Part shown: in pieces, positions 13,681 through 22,479 of the stretch | Layout of the letters: each line of letters begins with the position of its first letter | Position numbering within the stretch: position 1 is the stretch's first letter | DNA from: an uncultured Alphaproteobacteria bacterium | GTDB taxonomy: Bacteria > Pseudomonadota > Alphaproteobacteria > Rhizobiales > Hyphomicrobiaceae | DNA length: 64,000 nucleotides | Assembly (NCBI GenBank): GCA_963840415.1 | Contig: CAWIYX010000022.1 | Coordinates: forward strand, 95,199 to 159,198 | Direction: 5' to 3' | Notes under the pieces: generated by a model | The model's database searches: none | What the model was told of the DNA's origin: nothing | What the model saw: the letters and a program-made list of their open reading frames with translations, nothing else | Program-made: the position numbers and the translations under genes

Positions 13681-15132
13681 TCACGCGGCGGCTGCGCCCG
13701 CATCTTCCTTGAGAGCATAGGCGAGGCGCAGACCGCCCCAATGGCGGCCGGCGACGATGATCGGCGCTGAGGCGTCGACCATCGGCATGTACCGTCCGCC
13801 TCCCATGTCCCGCTGATAGGCCTGCACGAGAAACGGCTTGCGGTTGCGCCCGGCCGCGAGGCCGACGCGGTCCTTGAAGAACCGCCGGTTGCGGCAGTTG
13901 GCGGCGTTCCACACCGGGTCCGGGCCCTGGGGCTTCGAAAACTTCGTGTTGTGGGTCCCGGTGAACCCGTTGTCGTCGACCGCCATGCAGAAGATGACCT
14001 GGCCGTCGAACTCGAGCGCCTTGTCGAAGATGGGCGTGAGCACGGGGTCGAGCGCACGGGTGTAGCGCGTCACGAACTGCTCGGGATTGGATCCCTCGAC
14101 ACGCTTGTAGTCGCGGTCGAACAGGTCGGCCATGCCGAGAGAGCCCTCGGCGACCGCCCGCTCGAGCGCCTCCGATACGCAGCCTGCGAGGCGCATCGCC
14201 TCCCTGATGAACGGCGTATCGCGCGTCTCTATCCCCGAAAGCGCGGTGATCTCGAGCAGCCCGTCGCCGGCCCAAAGGAGCTGATCGACGCGGCTTTCGA
14301 TGCGCTTGAGGTTCTCGGCGGATTGATCGAGCCCGCCCGAGAGATTGGACACGATGCTGGTCAACACCCTGCTGCGCTCGTCGATCGCCGCCGTCGACCC
14401 GAGAATGTTCACGATCTCGGAGAGAATGTTGCGCACGGTTGCTTCGACCGTGTCGAGCGTGTCGGTGATGGTGGAGGTGCCGGTGCTGGCCGAGCGGGCG
14501 AGCTCGCTGCTCTTCTGCCCCTGCTCCATGAGGCGGCGCGCCTTGACGCCGAGATCGGCGACCGTCACCGTGATGTCCTTGGTGGAGCGTGCCGTCTCGT
14601 TGGCGAGCGATTTCACCTCGGCGGCGACGACCGCAAACCCGCGGCCGGCCTCGCCGGCGCGCGCGGCCTCGATGGTGGCGTTGAGAGCCAAGAGATTGGT
14701 CTGGCGCGCGATGGCCTCGATCCCGTGCGCAACCGTGGATACCTTCGCAAGCGCGTCTTGGAGCGAGGCGATGAGGTCGTGGCCCTCGCCCACGGTCGTC
14801 ACGAGGTCGTCGATGCCGGAGATGGAGGCGCGCACCATGCCCATCGATTGCATGATCTCGGCGCTCGCCTGCTCGGCGACCCGCCGGCTCGATTGAGCGC
14901 CAGAGGCGACGCGGGCGTTCTCGGTCCCGAGCTCGGCCACCTTCCCGTTGACCTCGCCCAGGAGCCTCACCTGCTCCTTCATGCGGTGTGAGAGCTCGCC
15001 GACGTTGCAGCTCACGTCGGCGATCTGGTGGGCGACGCCGGTCGCCTGGTCCGCGTATCGGCGCACAATATCGGCAGCGTCGCGAGCTTGCTCGCCGCCG
15101 GAGTCTGCCGATGATGCGCCGACCTGTGCCAT
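13681..15132 (-). CDS. Soluble methyl-accepting chemotaxis protein with C-terminal sensor-like domain
   Basis: [34 protein letters not shown] hairpin; no TM segments; about 170-aa C-terminal domain ending [11 protein letters not shown]; start uncertain (TTG at 15174 possible). Confidence 0.9.
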   Translation of the reverse strand: MAQVGASSADSGGEQARDAADIVRRYADQATGVAHQIADVSCNVGELSHRMKEQVRLLGEVNGKVAELGTENARVASGAQSSRRVAEQASAEIMQSMGMVRASISGIDDLVTTVGEGHDLIASLQDALAKVSTVAHGIEAIARQTNLLALNATIEAARAGEAGRGFAVVAAEVKSLANETARSTKDITVTVADLGVKARRLMEQGQKSSELARSASTGTSTITDTLDTVEATVRNILSEIVNILGSTAAIDERSRVLTSIVSNLSGGLDQSAENLKRIESRVDQLLWAGDGLLEITALSGIETRDTPFIREAMRLAGCVSEALERAVAEGSLGMADLFDRDYKRVEGSNPEQFVTRYTRALDPVLTPIFDKALEFDGQVIFCMAVDDNGFTGTHNTKFSKPQGPDPVWNAANCRNRRFFKDRVGLAAGRNRKPFLVQAYQRDMGGGRYMPMVDASAPIIVAGRHWGGLRLAYALKEDAGAAAA

Positions 15133-15234
15133 GCCGAACGTCTCGTGACGGTCGATAGGATGATTCGGGCGCAAGTCATAGACAGCTCCGGCCTCGATTG
15201 CGCAATGCCGACCCTTTTGCAGTGCAGCGAGCCG

Positions 15235-16284
15235 TCAGTCGGGCATGCCGTTCGGCCCCTTGGGTAAGCCGCCGAGCAATCGCCCGTCGAGACGGACCTT
15301 GAGGCCGTTATTGAGCTTCGGGACATCGTACTTGTCGCGCCGGCGCTCTTTGAGGCGTTCGAGGATGATCGGCGTGAGCACCATGGCGCCCTTGATCAGC
15401 TTTTCGCCCTGGCGCTCGCGCTGGCGCATCGATTTCTCGGCGCGGCGCTTGGCGAGCTTGTCGGCGATCGAGGCTTTCTTTCGCGCCGGCTTGGCGTCGT
15501 CCTCATTATCGGGGTCGGTCTCGGCACGCCGCGGCGGATTCGGCCGCTCGGGGTCGACCAGGTCCATGATTTGCTCGGGCGAAAATATCGGGTCGGGATC
15601 GATCGACGGAGCCTTCATCACGAACGGGAAGGCCGTGCCGAAGGCGATCTTCTCGATGCCCGGCAGGGAGCGCCACCTGCTCGGAGCGCCGACGCCGCCG
15701 TCGTCCGTGATGCGCACGAGCTTGCCCGGCTCGTCGTGATTGCGGCACTGTTTTCGGGTGTTGCAGATCCTCACTCCCCCTTCGTGCAGGAGCAGCCAGC
15801 TTCTACCGCTCTCCTCGACGAAAACGTCGAAGATCGTACCCCTGACCGTGATCGAGGCGGAAGGCACGCGCACGACGTAGGAGGGCTTGGCCGCGAGCCC
15901 CGTAATGAAGCGGAACGAGCCCTTGGCCAGGTTGACGAGGATCGAGCCCTGCGTGCGGTCGCGATCGTAGACGAACTTGTCGAGCGTGAGGCGCGCACCG
16001 GGGCCGAGCGCAAGCTTGGTCTCGTCCTCGAGCCTGATCTCGCTCGACCCGTCGGAGCCGACCTCGATGAGCTCGTTTTCGCGCACCGCGTCGCCGACCG
16101 CGAGCGTGCGCGTCTCCTTGGCGAGCGCGGCCGTGACGAGGTTCACGACGACGACGGCCGAGCCGATGTCGCTCGGAGGAGCGGCGGCGGCGGGCGGCGG
16201 GCCGGCCAAAATGAGCACGACGCAGAGAAGAGAGGCTTTAGCCCAGAGATGACTTGGCACGAGTACTGCCGATGGACGGAACAT
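15235..16284 (-). CDS. Secreted FecR-domain protein
   Basis: Signal peptide, L..GD.V...DETKLALG, LAKGSFRFITG, ASITVRGT, LLHEG motifs; SD GGAGGAG. Confidence 0.8.
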   Translation of the reverse strand: MFRPSAVLVPSHLWAKASLLCVVLILAGPPPAAAAPPSDIGSAVVVVNLVTAALAKETRTLAVGDAVRENELIEVGSDGSSEIRLEDETKLALGPGARLTLDKFVYDRDRTQGSILVNLAKGSFRFITGLAAKPSYVVRVPSASITVRGTIFDVFVEESGRSWLLLHEGGVRICNTRKQCRNHDEPGKLVRITDDGGVGAPSRWRSLPGIEKIAFGTAFPFVMKAPSIDPDPIFSPEQIMDLVDPERPNPPRRAETDPDNEDDAKPARKKASIADKLAKRRAEKSMRQRERQGEKLIKGAMVLTPIILERLKERRRDKYDVPKLNNGLKVRLDGRLLGGLPKGPNGMPD

Positions 16285-16400
16285 GAGAACTCTCCTCCGC
16301 GCGCGGCCGCCGGGGAGCACTGTCGCAGGCGCGCGCGACAGTCTCGCCGGCGGTCAGCCTGTTGGTGGAGGATGAGTGTGCGCAATGCGCCGACGCGTGG

Positions 16401-16418
16401 CTGTTCCCTAGGGAACAG
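16401..16418. promoter_or_regulatory. Perfect 18-bp palindrome, possible operator
   Basis: CTGTTCCCTAGGGAACAG, between the VOC-fusion stop and the FecR gene start. Confidence 0.4.
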
Positions 16419-16429
16419 GCGGTCGCGAT

Positions 16430-17641
16430 CTAGCGCCGGCGCGGCTCCCAGATGCTATAGGGCCACGGGACGTCGTGCAGCTCGGTGAGGTAGGTGGTCT
16501 GGCCCGGGCGCGGCACGGTGGCGATCGGGCGTCGGATGCGCGACGCATAGCGTCGGCCTGATCTGCGTACTGCGGCGCGCGTTGGAGGCGAGCCTGCGGT
16601 GACTGCTTGCGGCGCTGAGCTGTCGCTGGACTGCGCAGTTGCCGTCGTCTCGACGGCGGAGGTTTCTATGGGCGCGGGCGTGGCTGAATTGTCCTGGCCC
16701 GAGGCGGCTGGCGAGGCTTCGGCGCGCCGACCCTCATTGAGGCTCTTCTCGAGGCTCGCCTTCTCGTCGCGCGACTTCGCGAGCTCGAGGCGGGCTTCCT
16801 CCATGCCGCGAACGGCGGTTTGAAGCGCGTTGCGCTGCTCGGTGAGCTCTTGCTCGAGCTTCGTCGCGGCGCGCTGCGCCGCTTCCTTCTTCGTCCGCTC
16901 GAGATCGAGCTCGGCGCGGGCCGCCTCGGAGGCGCGCTCGGCCTCCGCCTTTGCCGTGCGCGCAGCCTCGAGATCGGCCCTGAACGTCTCCGCAATGCCC
17001 CCGTCCCCCGGACTTCCGACAGGAGCGGCCTGCTCCAGCGGGGCCGAGGCGCCGGCCAGGTCGCCGGGCGTGTCCGAGCCCCCGGAGGTGATCCACCAGA
17101 CCCCGAGGCCGGCGAGGACCACGCCGAGCGCGGCTGCGGCCTTGAGCCAGGTCTTGCGGCGCGAGGCCTCCAGCGAGGCATGCTCGAGATCGGTGTGGTA
17201 GGACGCCGGCACGCGGCCCTTCCAGGGGTTGTAGGTGCCGAAGTTCCAGATGTGACCTTGAGGATCGCGGCACGAGTAGCCGCGCCTGCCGAAGCCGTCG
17301 CCCTGGACCTCGAGCAGAATCTCCGCGCCGGATTCGACGGTGCGCGCGTAGTGGGCATCGATGTCGTCGACGACGACGTAGCAGCTCTGGGTTTCGATGC
17401 CGCCGACCTCGTCCGGCTGGCGCAGCAGGCGGTCGAGGTCCGTCTCGCGCACGGCCCCCAGCATGACCATGGAGGGGCCGTAGGTGAGCTGGGCGTAGAC
17501 GGTGCCGCCGTCGGCGCCGCTCACCGCAACCTGCTTGTCGAATCCGAAAGTCGCGCAGAGCCAGTCCACCGCCGCCGCGAGATCGCGATAGCGCATGAGC
17601 GGGACGATACGCGGTGCGGACTCTTCGCTGCTCGCAGACAT
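16430..17641 (-). CDS. VOC/glyoxalase domain fused to TM helix and coiled coil
   Basis: N-terminal PLMRYRD..AAVDWLCATFGF, DIDAHYAR, YSCRDPQGHIWNFGTY; TM AAAALGVVLAGLGVWW; E/A/K-rich heptads; SD GGAG. Confidence 0.8.
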   Translation of the reverse strand: MSASSEESAPRIVPLMRYRDLAAAVDWLCATFGFDKQVAVSGADGGTVYAQLTYGPSMVMLGAVRETDLDRLLRQPDEVGGIETQSCYVVVDDIDAHYARTVESGAEILLEVQGDGFGRRGYSCRDPQGHIWNFGTYNPWKGRVPASYHTDLEHASLEASRRKTWLKAAAALGVVLAGLGVWWITSGGSDTPGDLAGASAPLEQAAPVGSPGDGGIAETFRADLEAARTAKAEAERASEAARAELDLERTKKEAAQRAATKLEQELTEQRNALQTAVRGMEEARLELAKSRDEKASLEKSLNEGRRAEASPAASGQDNSATPAPIETSAVETTATAQSSDSSAPQAVTAGSPPTRAAVRRSGRRYASRIRRPIATVPRPGQTTYLTELHDVPWPYSIWEPRRR

Positions 17642-17890
17642 GGATTTCTCCAATTCGTCGGTCGGGCCAACGCCTGCCCGTTCCGGGCGCGACGCATCTC
17701 GTCGGCCGGCGGCTCGAAATCTCTTGGGATGGATCGCTGAGCGCGCCGCTCTGGGCCGCGGGCGCTCCGCCGAATCACTTTGATAAATTGTAATAGATGT
17801 TCACCGTAAATGCTTGGCAAAATTCGCTTAAATAGCATCAATACTTGTGGGTAAAAGGCGGCGCAGGGTTTGGCCCGGATTGAATGGCGT

Positions 17891-19702
17891 CTAGAGCGGG
17901 GCCGTCGCCGCTTCGAGCCAGGCGCGTGTCTCGGGGTCGACCTCGGCCCCTACCCGCTCCATGACGCGGGCGTGGTAGGCGTCGAGCCACGCGACCTCGC
18001 CCGGGGCGAGGAGCTCGGGGGCGATGAGACGCCGGTCGATCGGGACAAGCGTCAGCGTCTCGAAGCCCATCGTCTTGCGATCGCCCGCGGGCGGCATCTC
18101 GGGCTCGGTGACGAGCACGAGGCTCTCGATGCGGATGCCGTAGGCGCCCTCCTTGTAGTAGCCGGGCTCGTTCGAGATGATCATGCCGGGCTCGAGCGGC
18201 GCTATGCCTGCGCGCGAGATCGACTGGGGACCCTCGTGGACCGAGAGATAGCTGCCTACGCCGTGGCCCGTGCCGTGGTCGTAGTCGAGGCCATGCTCCC
18301 ACAGGGCTCGCCGCGCGAAGGGGTCGAGGTCGACGCCGCGCGTCCCCTCGGGAAAGCGCGCGGTCGCGATGGCGATATGGCCCTTGAGGACCAACGTGAA
18401 GCGCTCGCGCATCTCGGTGCTCGGCCTTCCGATCGCGACCGTGCGCGTCACGTCGGTCGTGCCGTCGAGATACTGTGCCCCTGAATCGACGAGAAAGAGC
18501 TCGCCGGCCTTGAGCGGCCGGTTGGTGGCCTCCGTAACCCGGTAGTGGACGATCGCGCCGTTGGCCCCGCTGCCGGAGATCGTATCGAACGAAATCTCCT
18601 TCAGCGCCTGCGTGCCAGCGCGGACCTCCTCGAGCCGCCTCACGGCGGCGATCTCGTCGACCTTTCCCGCCGGGGCCTTCGCGTCGAGCCAGGCGAGAAA
18701 GCGCGCGAGCGCGGCGCCGTCGCGCACGTGGGCGGCGCGGGCGCCGCGGATTTCGGCGGCATTCTTGATTGCCTTCAGCGCAATGCAGGGATCGGCGCCG
18801 GCGCTGCACGACTTGGGTCCGAGTGCACGTGCGAACCAGAAGGCGGCCCGCTCGGGATCGAGCCTCACACGCCTTTTGGCCTTACGCAGCGCACCGACGC
18901 GCGTCTTGAGCAGGGCGGGAGCCGAGATCTTCGCGACGGGCTCTATGTGGGCGCGCGCCTCGCGCGAGAGCTTCTCGGGAGCGACGAAGAGCTCGGGCTT
19001 GCCGTGGGCCGGCACGATTGCGAAGGCGAGCACGACGGGCGTGTGGGGAACGTCCGCGCCGCGGATGTTGAGCAGCCACGAGATTGAATCCGGCATGGTC
19101 AGGATGGCCGCGTCCTGGCCCGCCTCGGCGAGCTTTGCCTGCACGTCGGCGATCTTGGCGTCGGCCGCGCGTCCCGCGTACTTCAAAGGATGCGGCACGA
19201 TTTCCCCGGCCGGCGGCGGCGGGCGCTCCTTGCCCCAAAGCCGGTCGACGGGATTGCGCGAGAGAGCCTTGAGCTTGATGCCTTTCTCCGCGAGCGCAGC
19301 TTTGAGCCGGGCAATCTCGGCGGCGCTGTGCAGCCAGGGATCGAAGCCGAGTATCTCGCCGCGCTTCATCTTCTGCTTCAGCCACTCGGCAAGCTTGGTT
19401 CGGGCAAGGCCGGGCAGCTCGAAGAGCTCAGGATCGCACTCGCGCGCCGCCTGCACCGTGTAGCGCCCGTCGACGAAGAGGCCCGCGTGCCGGCGCGTGA
19501 TGGCGGCGAGGCCCGCGCTTCCCGAGAAGCCCGTGAGCCACTTCAGGCGCTCGGCCGAGGGGGCCACGTATTCGCCCTGATGCTCGTCTGCGCGAGGCAC
19601 GAGGGCCGCGTCGATGCCTTCCGCGGCAAGGAGCGCGCGCAAGCGCTTCACTCTCTCGGCGGAGGCGGTCGAGTCGGAGCTGGCGGAGAAGTCCTGGAAC
19701 AT
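17891..19702 (-). CDS. pepP: Xaa-Pro aminopeptidase (aminopeptidase P, M24)
   Basis: DEHQGEY, TGFSGSAG, DSGAQYLDGTTDVTRT, HGTGHGVG, HEGPQ, SNEPG, GIRIE. Confidence 0.93.
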   Translation of the reverse strand: MFQDFSASSDSTASAERVKRLRALLAAEGIDAALVPRADEHQGEYVAPSAERLKWLTGFSGSAGLAAITRRHAGLFVDGRYTVQAARECDPELFELPGLARTKLAEWLKQKMKRGEILGFDPWLHSAAEIARLKAALAEKGIKLKALSRNPVDRLWGKERPPPPAGEIVPHPLKYAGRAADAKIADVQAKLAEAGQDAAILTMPDSISWLLNIRGADVPHTPVVLAFAIVPAHGKPELFVAPEKLSREARAHIEPVAKISAPALLKTRVGALRKAKRRVRLDPERAAFWFARALGPKSCSAGADPCIALKAIKNAAEIRGARAAHVRDGAALARFLAWLDAKAPAGKVDEIAAVRRLEEVRAGTQALKEISFDTISGSGANGAIVHYRVTEATNRPLKAGELFLVDSGAQYLDGTTDVTRTVAIGRPSTEMRERFTLVLKGHIAIATARFPEGTRGVDLDPFARRALWEHGLDYDHGTGHGVGSYLSVHEGPQSISRAGIAPLEPGMIISNEPGYYKEGAYGIRIESLVLVTEPEMPPAGDRKTMGFETLTLVPIDRRLIAPELLAPGEVAWLDAYHARVMERVGAEVDPETRAWLEAATAPL

Positions 19703-19758
19703 GGGGCTGCTCTTTACCCCGAGATTGTGCACTCGTCACGAACGCCGCGAGGGTGCCC

Positions 19759-20691
19759 TCATGTGCGACGCGCGAGCGTCAAGGTCGACCAGCCCTCGAT
19801 CCGCCGGTGGGCGAGGAGCGCGAAGCCCTGTGCGCGATAGGCGGCGGCGACGGCTCGAGCCTCGCCTGTCAGCAGCCCAGAGAGCACGAGCACTGCGCCG
19901 GGAGCGGCGGCGCGCCGCAACTCCGGCGCAAGCGAGACGAGCGGGCCGGCGAGGATGTTGGCGACGACGAGGTCGAAGGGCCGAGCGCGGCGAATGGCCG
20001 GTACCGCGAGACCAGCACCCTCGACGAACGCGACCCGGCGGCCGGCGCCGTTCGCCCGGCCGTTTGCCCTCGCCACCCCAACCGAGGTCGGGTCGATGTC
20101 GACACCCATGATACGGGCCCGCGGCAAGGCCCGCGCGGCGGCAATGGCGAGCAAGCCCGAGCCGCAGCCGAGGTCGAGGACGGATGCAAACGTGCGCCGC
20201 CGCGTGAGCCGGTCGATCTCGACGAGGCAGCCGAGCGTCGTAGGATGATGGGCCGTGCCGAAGGCTTCTCCGGCGTCGATCAGGATGGCATTGGGGCCGC
20301 GCGCCACGCGTTCCCTGTCATGGCTGCCGTGAACCGTGAAGCGTCCGGCGCGCACGGGCGGCAGCGCGGCCTGCGAAAGTGCGACCCAGTTGCGGTCGGG
20401 AACGGGGAGGGCCCTGAGAGGGGCGAGCGGTGCCCTCGAAACGCCGCAGAGCATGCTGTGAAGGCGATCGAGATCGGGGGGCGAGGCATAGTAGGCTTCG
20501 ATCCTCCAGCCGACGCCTGGCGAGCCCGCGCGTGCCTGCTCAAAGACGGTGAGCGCATCGGGCGCCGGTTCGATCAGCTCCTGCATCGCGCCGGCCAGTT
20601 GCAGTGCGGCCGAGCGGTCGGAGAGGTCGAGCGAGATCTTGTGGACAGTCACACGCGGGCTCTCAATGTGCCAGCGAAAGGCGGGAGCCAT
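19759..20691 (-). CDS. prmA: Ribosomal protein L11 methyltransferase
   Basis: AFGTAHHPTT, LDLGCGSGLLAIAA, DIDP, VANILA, LSGLL; start may be GTG at 20652. Confidence 0.9.
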   Translation of the reverse strand: MAPAFRWHIESPRVTVHKISLDLSDRSAALQLAGAMQELIEPAPDALTVFEQARAGSPGVGWRIEAYYASPPDLDRLHSMLCGVSRAPLAPLRALPVPDRNWVALSQAALPPVRAGRFTVHGSHDRERVARGPNAILIDAGEAFGTAHHPTTLGCLVEIDRLTRRRTFASVLDLGCGSGLLAIAAARALPRARIMGVDIDPTSVGVARANGRANGAGRRVAFVEGAGLAVPAIRRARPFDLVVANILAGPLVSLAPELRRAAAPGAVLVLSGLLTGEARAVAAAYRAQGFALLAHRRIEGWSTLTLARRT

Positions 20692-20703
20692 CTTCGCCGG
20701 GAC

Positions 20704-22155
20704 CTACGGCTGCTGGCCTTCCGGGCGCACCCCCTCGACCTCGTTGCCCTCGTGGGCGCCGGGATCGGGCAGGTTGTCGAGAAAGACGTCCCATTTGGCG
20801 TCGAGGTGGTGGGCGGCGTCTCTAGGCGAAAGCGCCCTCAAGTGCCCGCTCGCGTCCTCGGTCACGAGGCCGTCGGCAATCAGGCGCTCGAGCGCGTCCT
20901 CGAGATCGAAGTCGACCGTGACGCCGAAACTCGAGGAGAGGTACTGCTCGATCGCCGCATCGATGGCGGGGAGATCGGAGCGGCGTGCCTCCTCCTTGAT
21001 GAGAACGCTGTAAAGCAGGATCTCCTCCTTCACGTCCTCCTCGGCGGCGCGGTCGGCGAGCTTGATCAGCACGCCGCGATTATCCGCCATCGAGTGGAAG
21101 TAGAGGTTCTGCGCCATCACCACCATGTAGCGCTGCTTCTGGTTCATGAAGTTCACGGCCTGGCGGAAGGCGATGCCGCCGAGGCCGACGAGGGCGCCGG
21201 CCGCCATGATCGGATTGGAAAAGGCGACGGCGAGCTTTCCGGCGGCGCCCACTGCGCCCACGCCGAGCCCGCCGCCCGCCGTCAATCCGAGCCGCAGCTT
21301 GTCGTAAAGGCGGAATTTCACCTGCGTGTTGGGAAACACCATCTCGAGATCGGTGCGCGGCAGGTTCTTGAAGAGCTTGATGTAGATATTGTCCTCCTTG
21401 ACGGAGGCGGGGAGAAGCGCGCGCCGGCGCTTCGCCACCTTCTCGGCCTCGCGGCGAGGGAGCTTCTCCGACTTCATGAGGTCGCGCACGGCCGTCTCGA
21501 GCGGCTTCTGCTTGAACAAGAGAAAGAGCCGCTGGAAGATCGGAACGTCGAACTCCTCCTTGCGCAGGAACTTGCGAATGGTGCGGCGCTGATCGCGGCG
21601 CGTCGAGGCGCCGCGATAGTAGATGAGGCATTCCTCGAAATCCTTGAAGTCGACGAAGAGATCGAGCCCATAGTGCGACTCCTTCGTCAGGATGAGGGCG
21701 AGGTCGGACGTATCGACGCGAACGTAGTTGGCCTGCCGCAGGATCCTTTGAATTTGCTGGATCACGCGCTCCTGCATGGCGAGGCGCTCTTCCGGCGTGA
21801 ATGTGCGGGTGACCAGGAGATCGCTGTCGGGACTGAATGCCTCGTAGGCTTCGAGCAGCTCGAGGAGGTTGGCGCCGTGCTGCTGGCGGCGCCAGTACTC
21901 GAGATAGCGAAAGAAGCGCCGCGCCGCCCTCGCCTCGCCCGGGGCCCAGGCCTGCGGCTGCGTCAGGCGATCGATGAGAGCATAGGTCGTGACGGGGATG
22001 AAGGTCTCGCGCGCGCGGACGCTATCGGGCTGGAGAACGTCGGCCTGGCGCGGGATGAAGCTCTCCGCGGAAGGGGTGGAGGCGGTGGGCGCACTTTTCG
22101 CCGTCGCGCGGGCCGCAAGGCCCGGCGCGGGCGCGGTCAGATCAGGCGAGGTCAT
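20704..22155 (-). CDS. TMEM143/DUF3754-family membrane protein
   Basis: RETFIP, IYIKLFKNLPRTDLEMVFPN, Gly-rich hydrophobic hairpin, LYFHSMADNRGVL, EEDVKEEIL, VDFDLEDAL; SD GGAGG. Confidence 0.8.
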   Translation of the reverse strand: MTSPDLTAPAPGLAARATAKSAPTASTPSAESFIPRQADVLQPDSVRARETFIPVTTYALIDRLTQPQAWAPGEARAARRFFRYLEYWRRQQHGANLLELLEAYEAFSPDSDLLVTRTFTPEERLAMQERVIQQIQRILRQANYVRVDTSDLALILTKESHYGLDLFVDFKDFEECLIYYRGASTRRDQRRTIRKFLRKEEFDVPIFQRLFLLFKQKPLETAVRDLMKSEKLPRREAEKVAKRRRALLPASVKEDNIYIKLFKNLPRTDLEMVFPNTQVKFRLYDKLRLGLTAGGGLGVGAVGAAGKLAVAFSNPIMAAGALVGLGGIAFRQAVNFMNQKQRYMVVMAQNLYFHSMADNRGVLIKLADRAAEEDVKEEILLYSVLIKEEARRSDLPAIDAAIEQYLSSSFGVTVDFDLEDALERLIADGLVTEDASGHLRALSPRDAAHHLDAKWDVFLDNLPDPGAHEGNEVEGVRPEGQQP

Positions 22156-22396
22156 ATGGCCTCCGGTTCCCTTTTTCCCGCGTTCTCGACATGACCTGCA
22201 ACCCTCGGGGACCGTACCCGGCCGAGGTGAGTTCTAGGGCTCTGCAGCGATCCTTGTCGAGACCAGAGCTTGGCGGCCGGCACACTAGCCCGTCTCTGGT
22301 GCAGGAATTTGACCGCCCTGCCCGCAGGGACTGCGCGCCTTGGAGCCGCCACAAACGTCAGTCGTCCTCGGCCCAGCGGACCGTGGGGGTGGGCTC

Positions 22397-22464
22397 AGCC
22401 CGACTTCCTCAGGGGTCCACGTCGGCGCGACGGCGCTCCCGTGAGCCTCTGAGGAAGTCGGGCT
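22397..22464. repeat. Long inverted repeat / hairpin directly upstream of the 22480 SD
   Basis: AGCCCGACTTCCTCAG(GGG) ... (CCT)CTGAGGAAGTCGGGCT; 16-bp perfect stem plus inner stem. Confidence 0.75.
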
Positions 22465-22479
22465 AACGAGGGGGCATCG

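Noticed and set aside
19753-22194. 813-aa plus-strand ORF, and similar long ORFs such as 1080-2900(-), 29130-30728(+), 32649-35225(-) and 46511-48073(+)
   Set aside because: Antisense shadows of well-supported genes; expected in high-GC DNA with few stop codons; no motifs.
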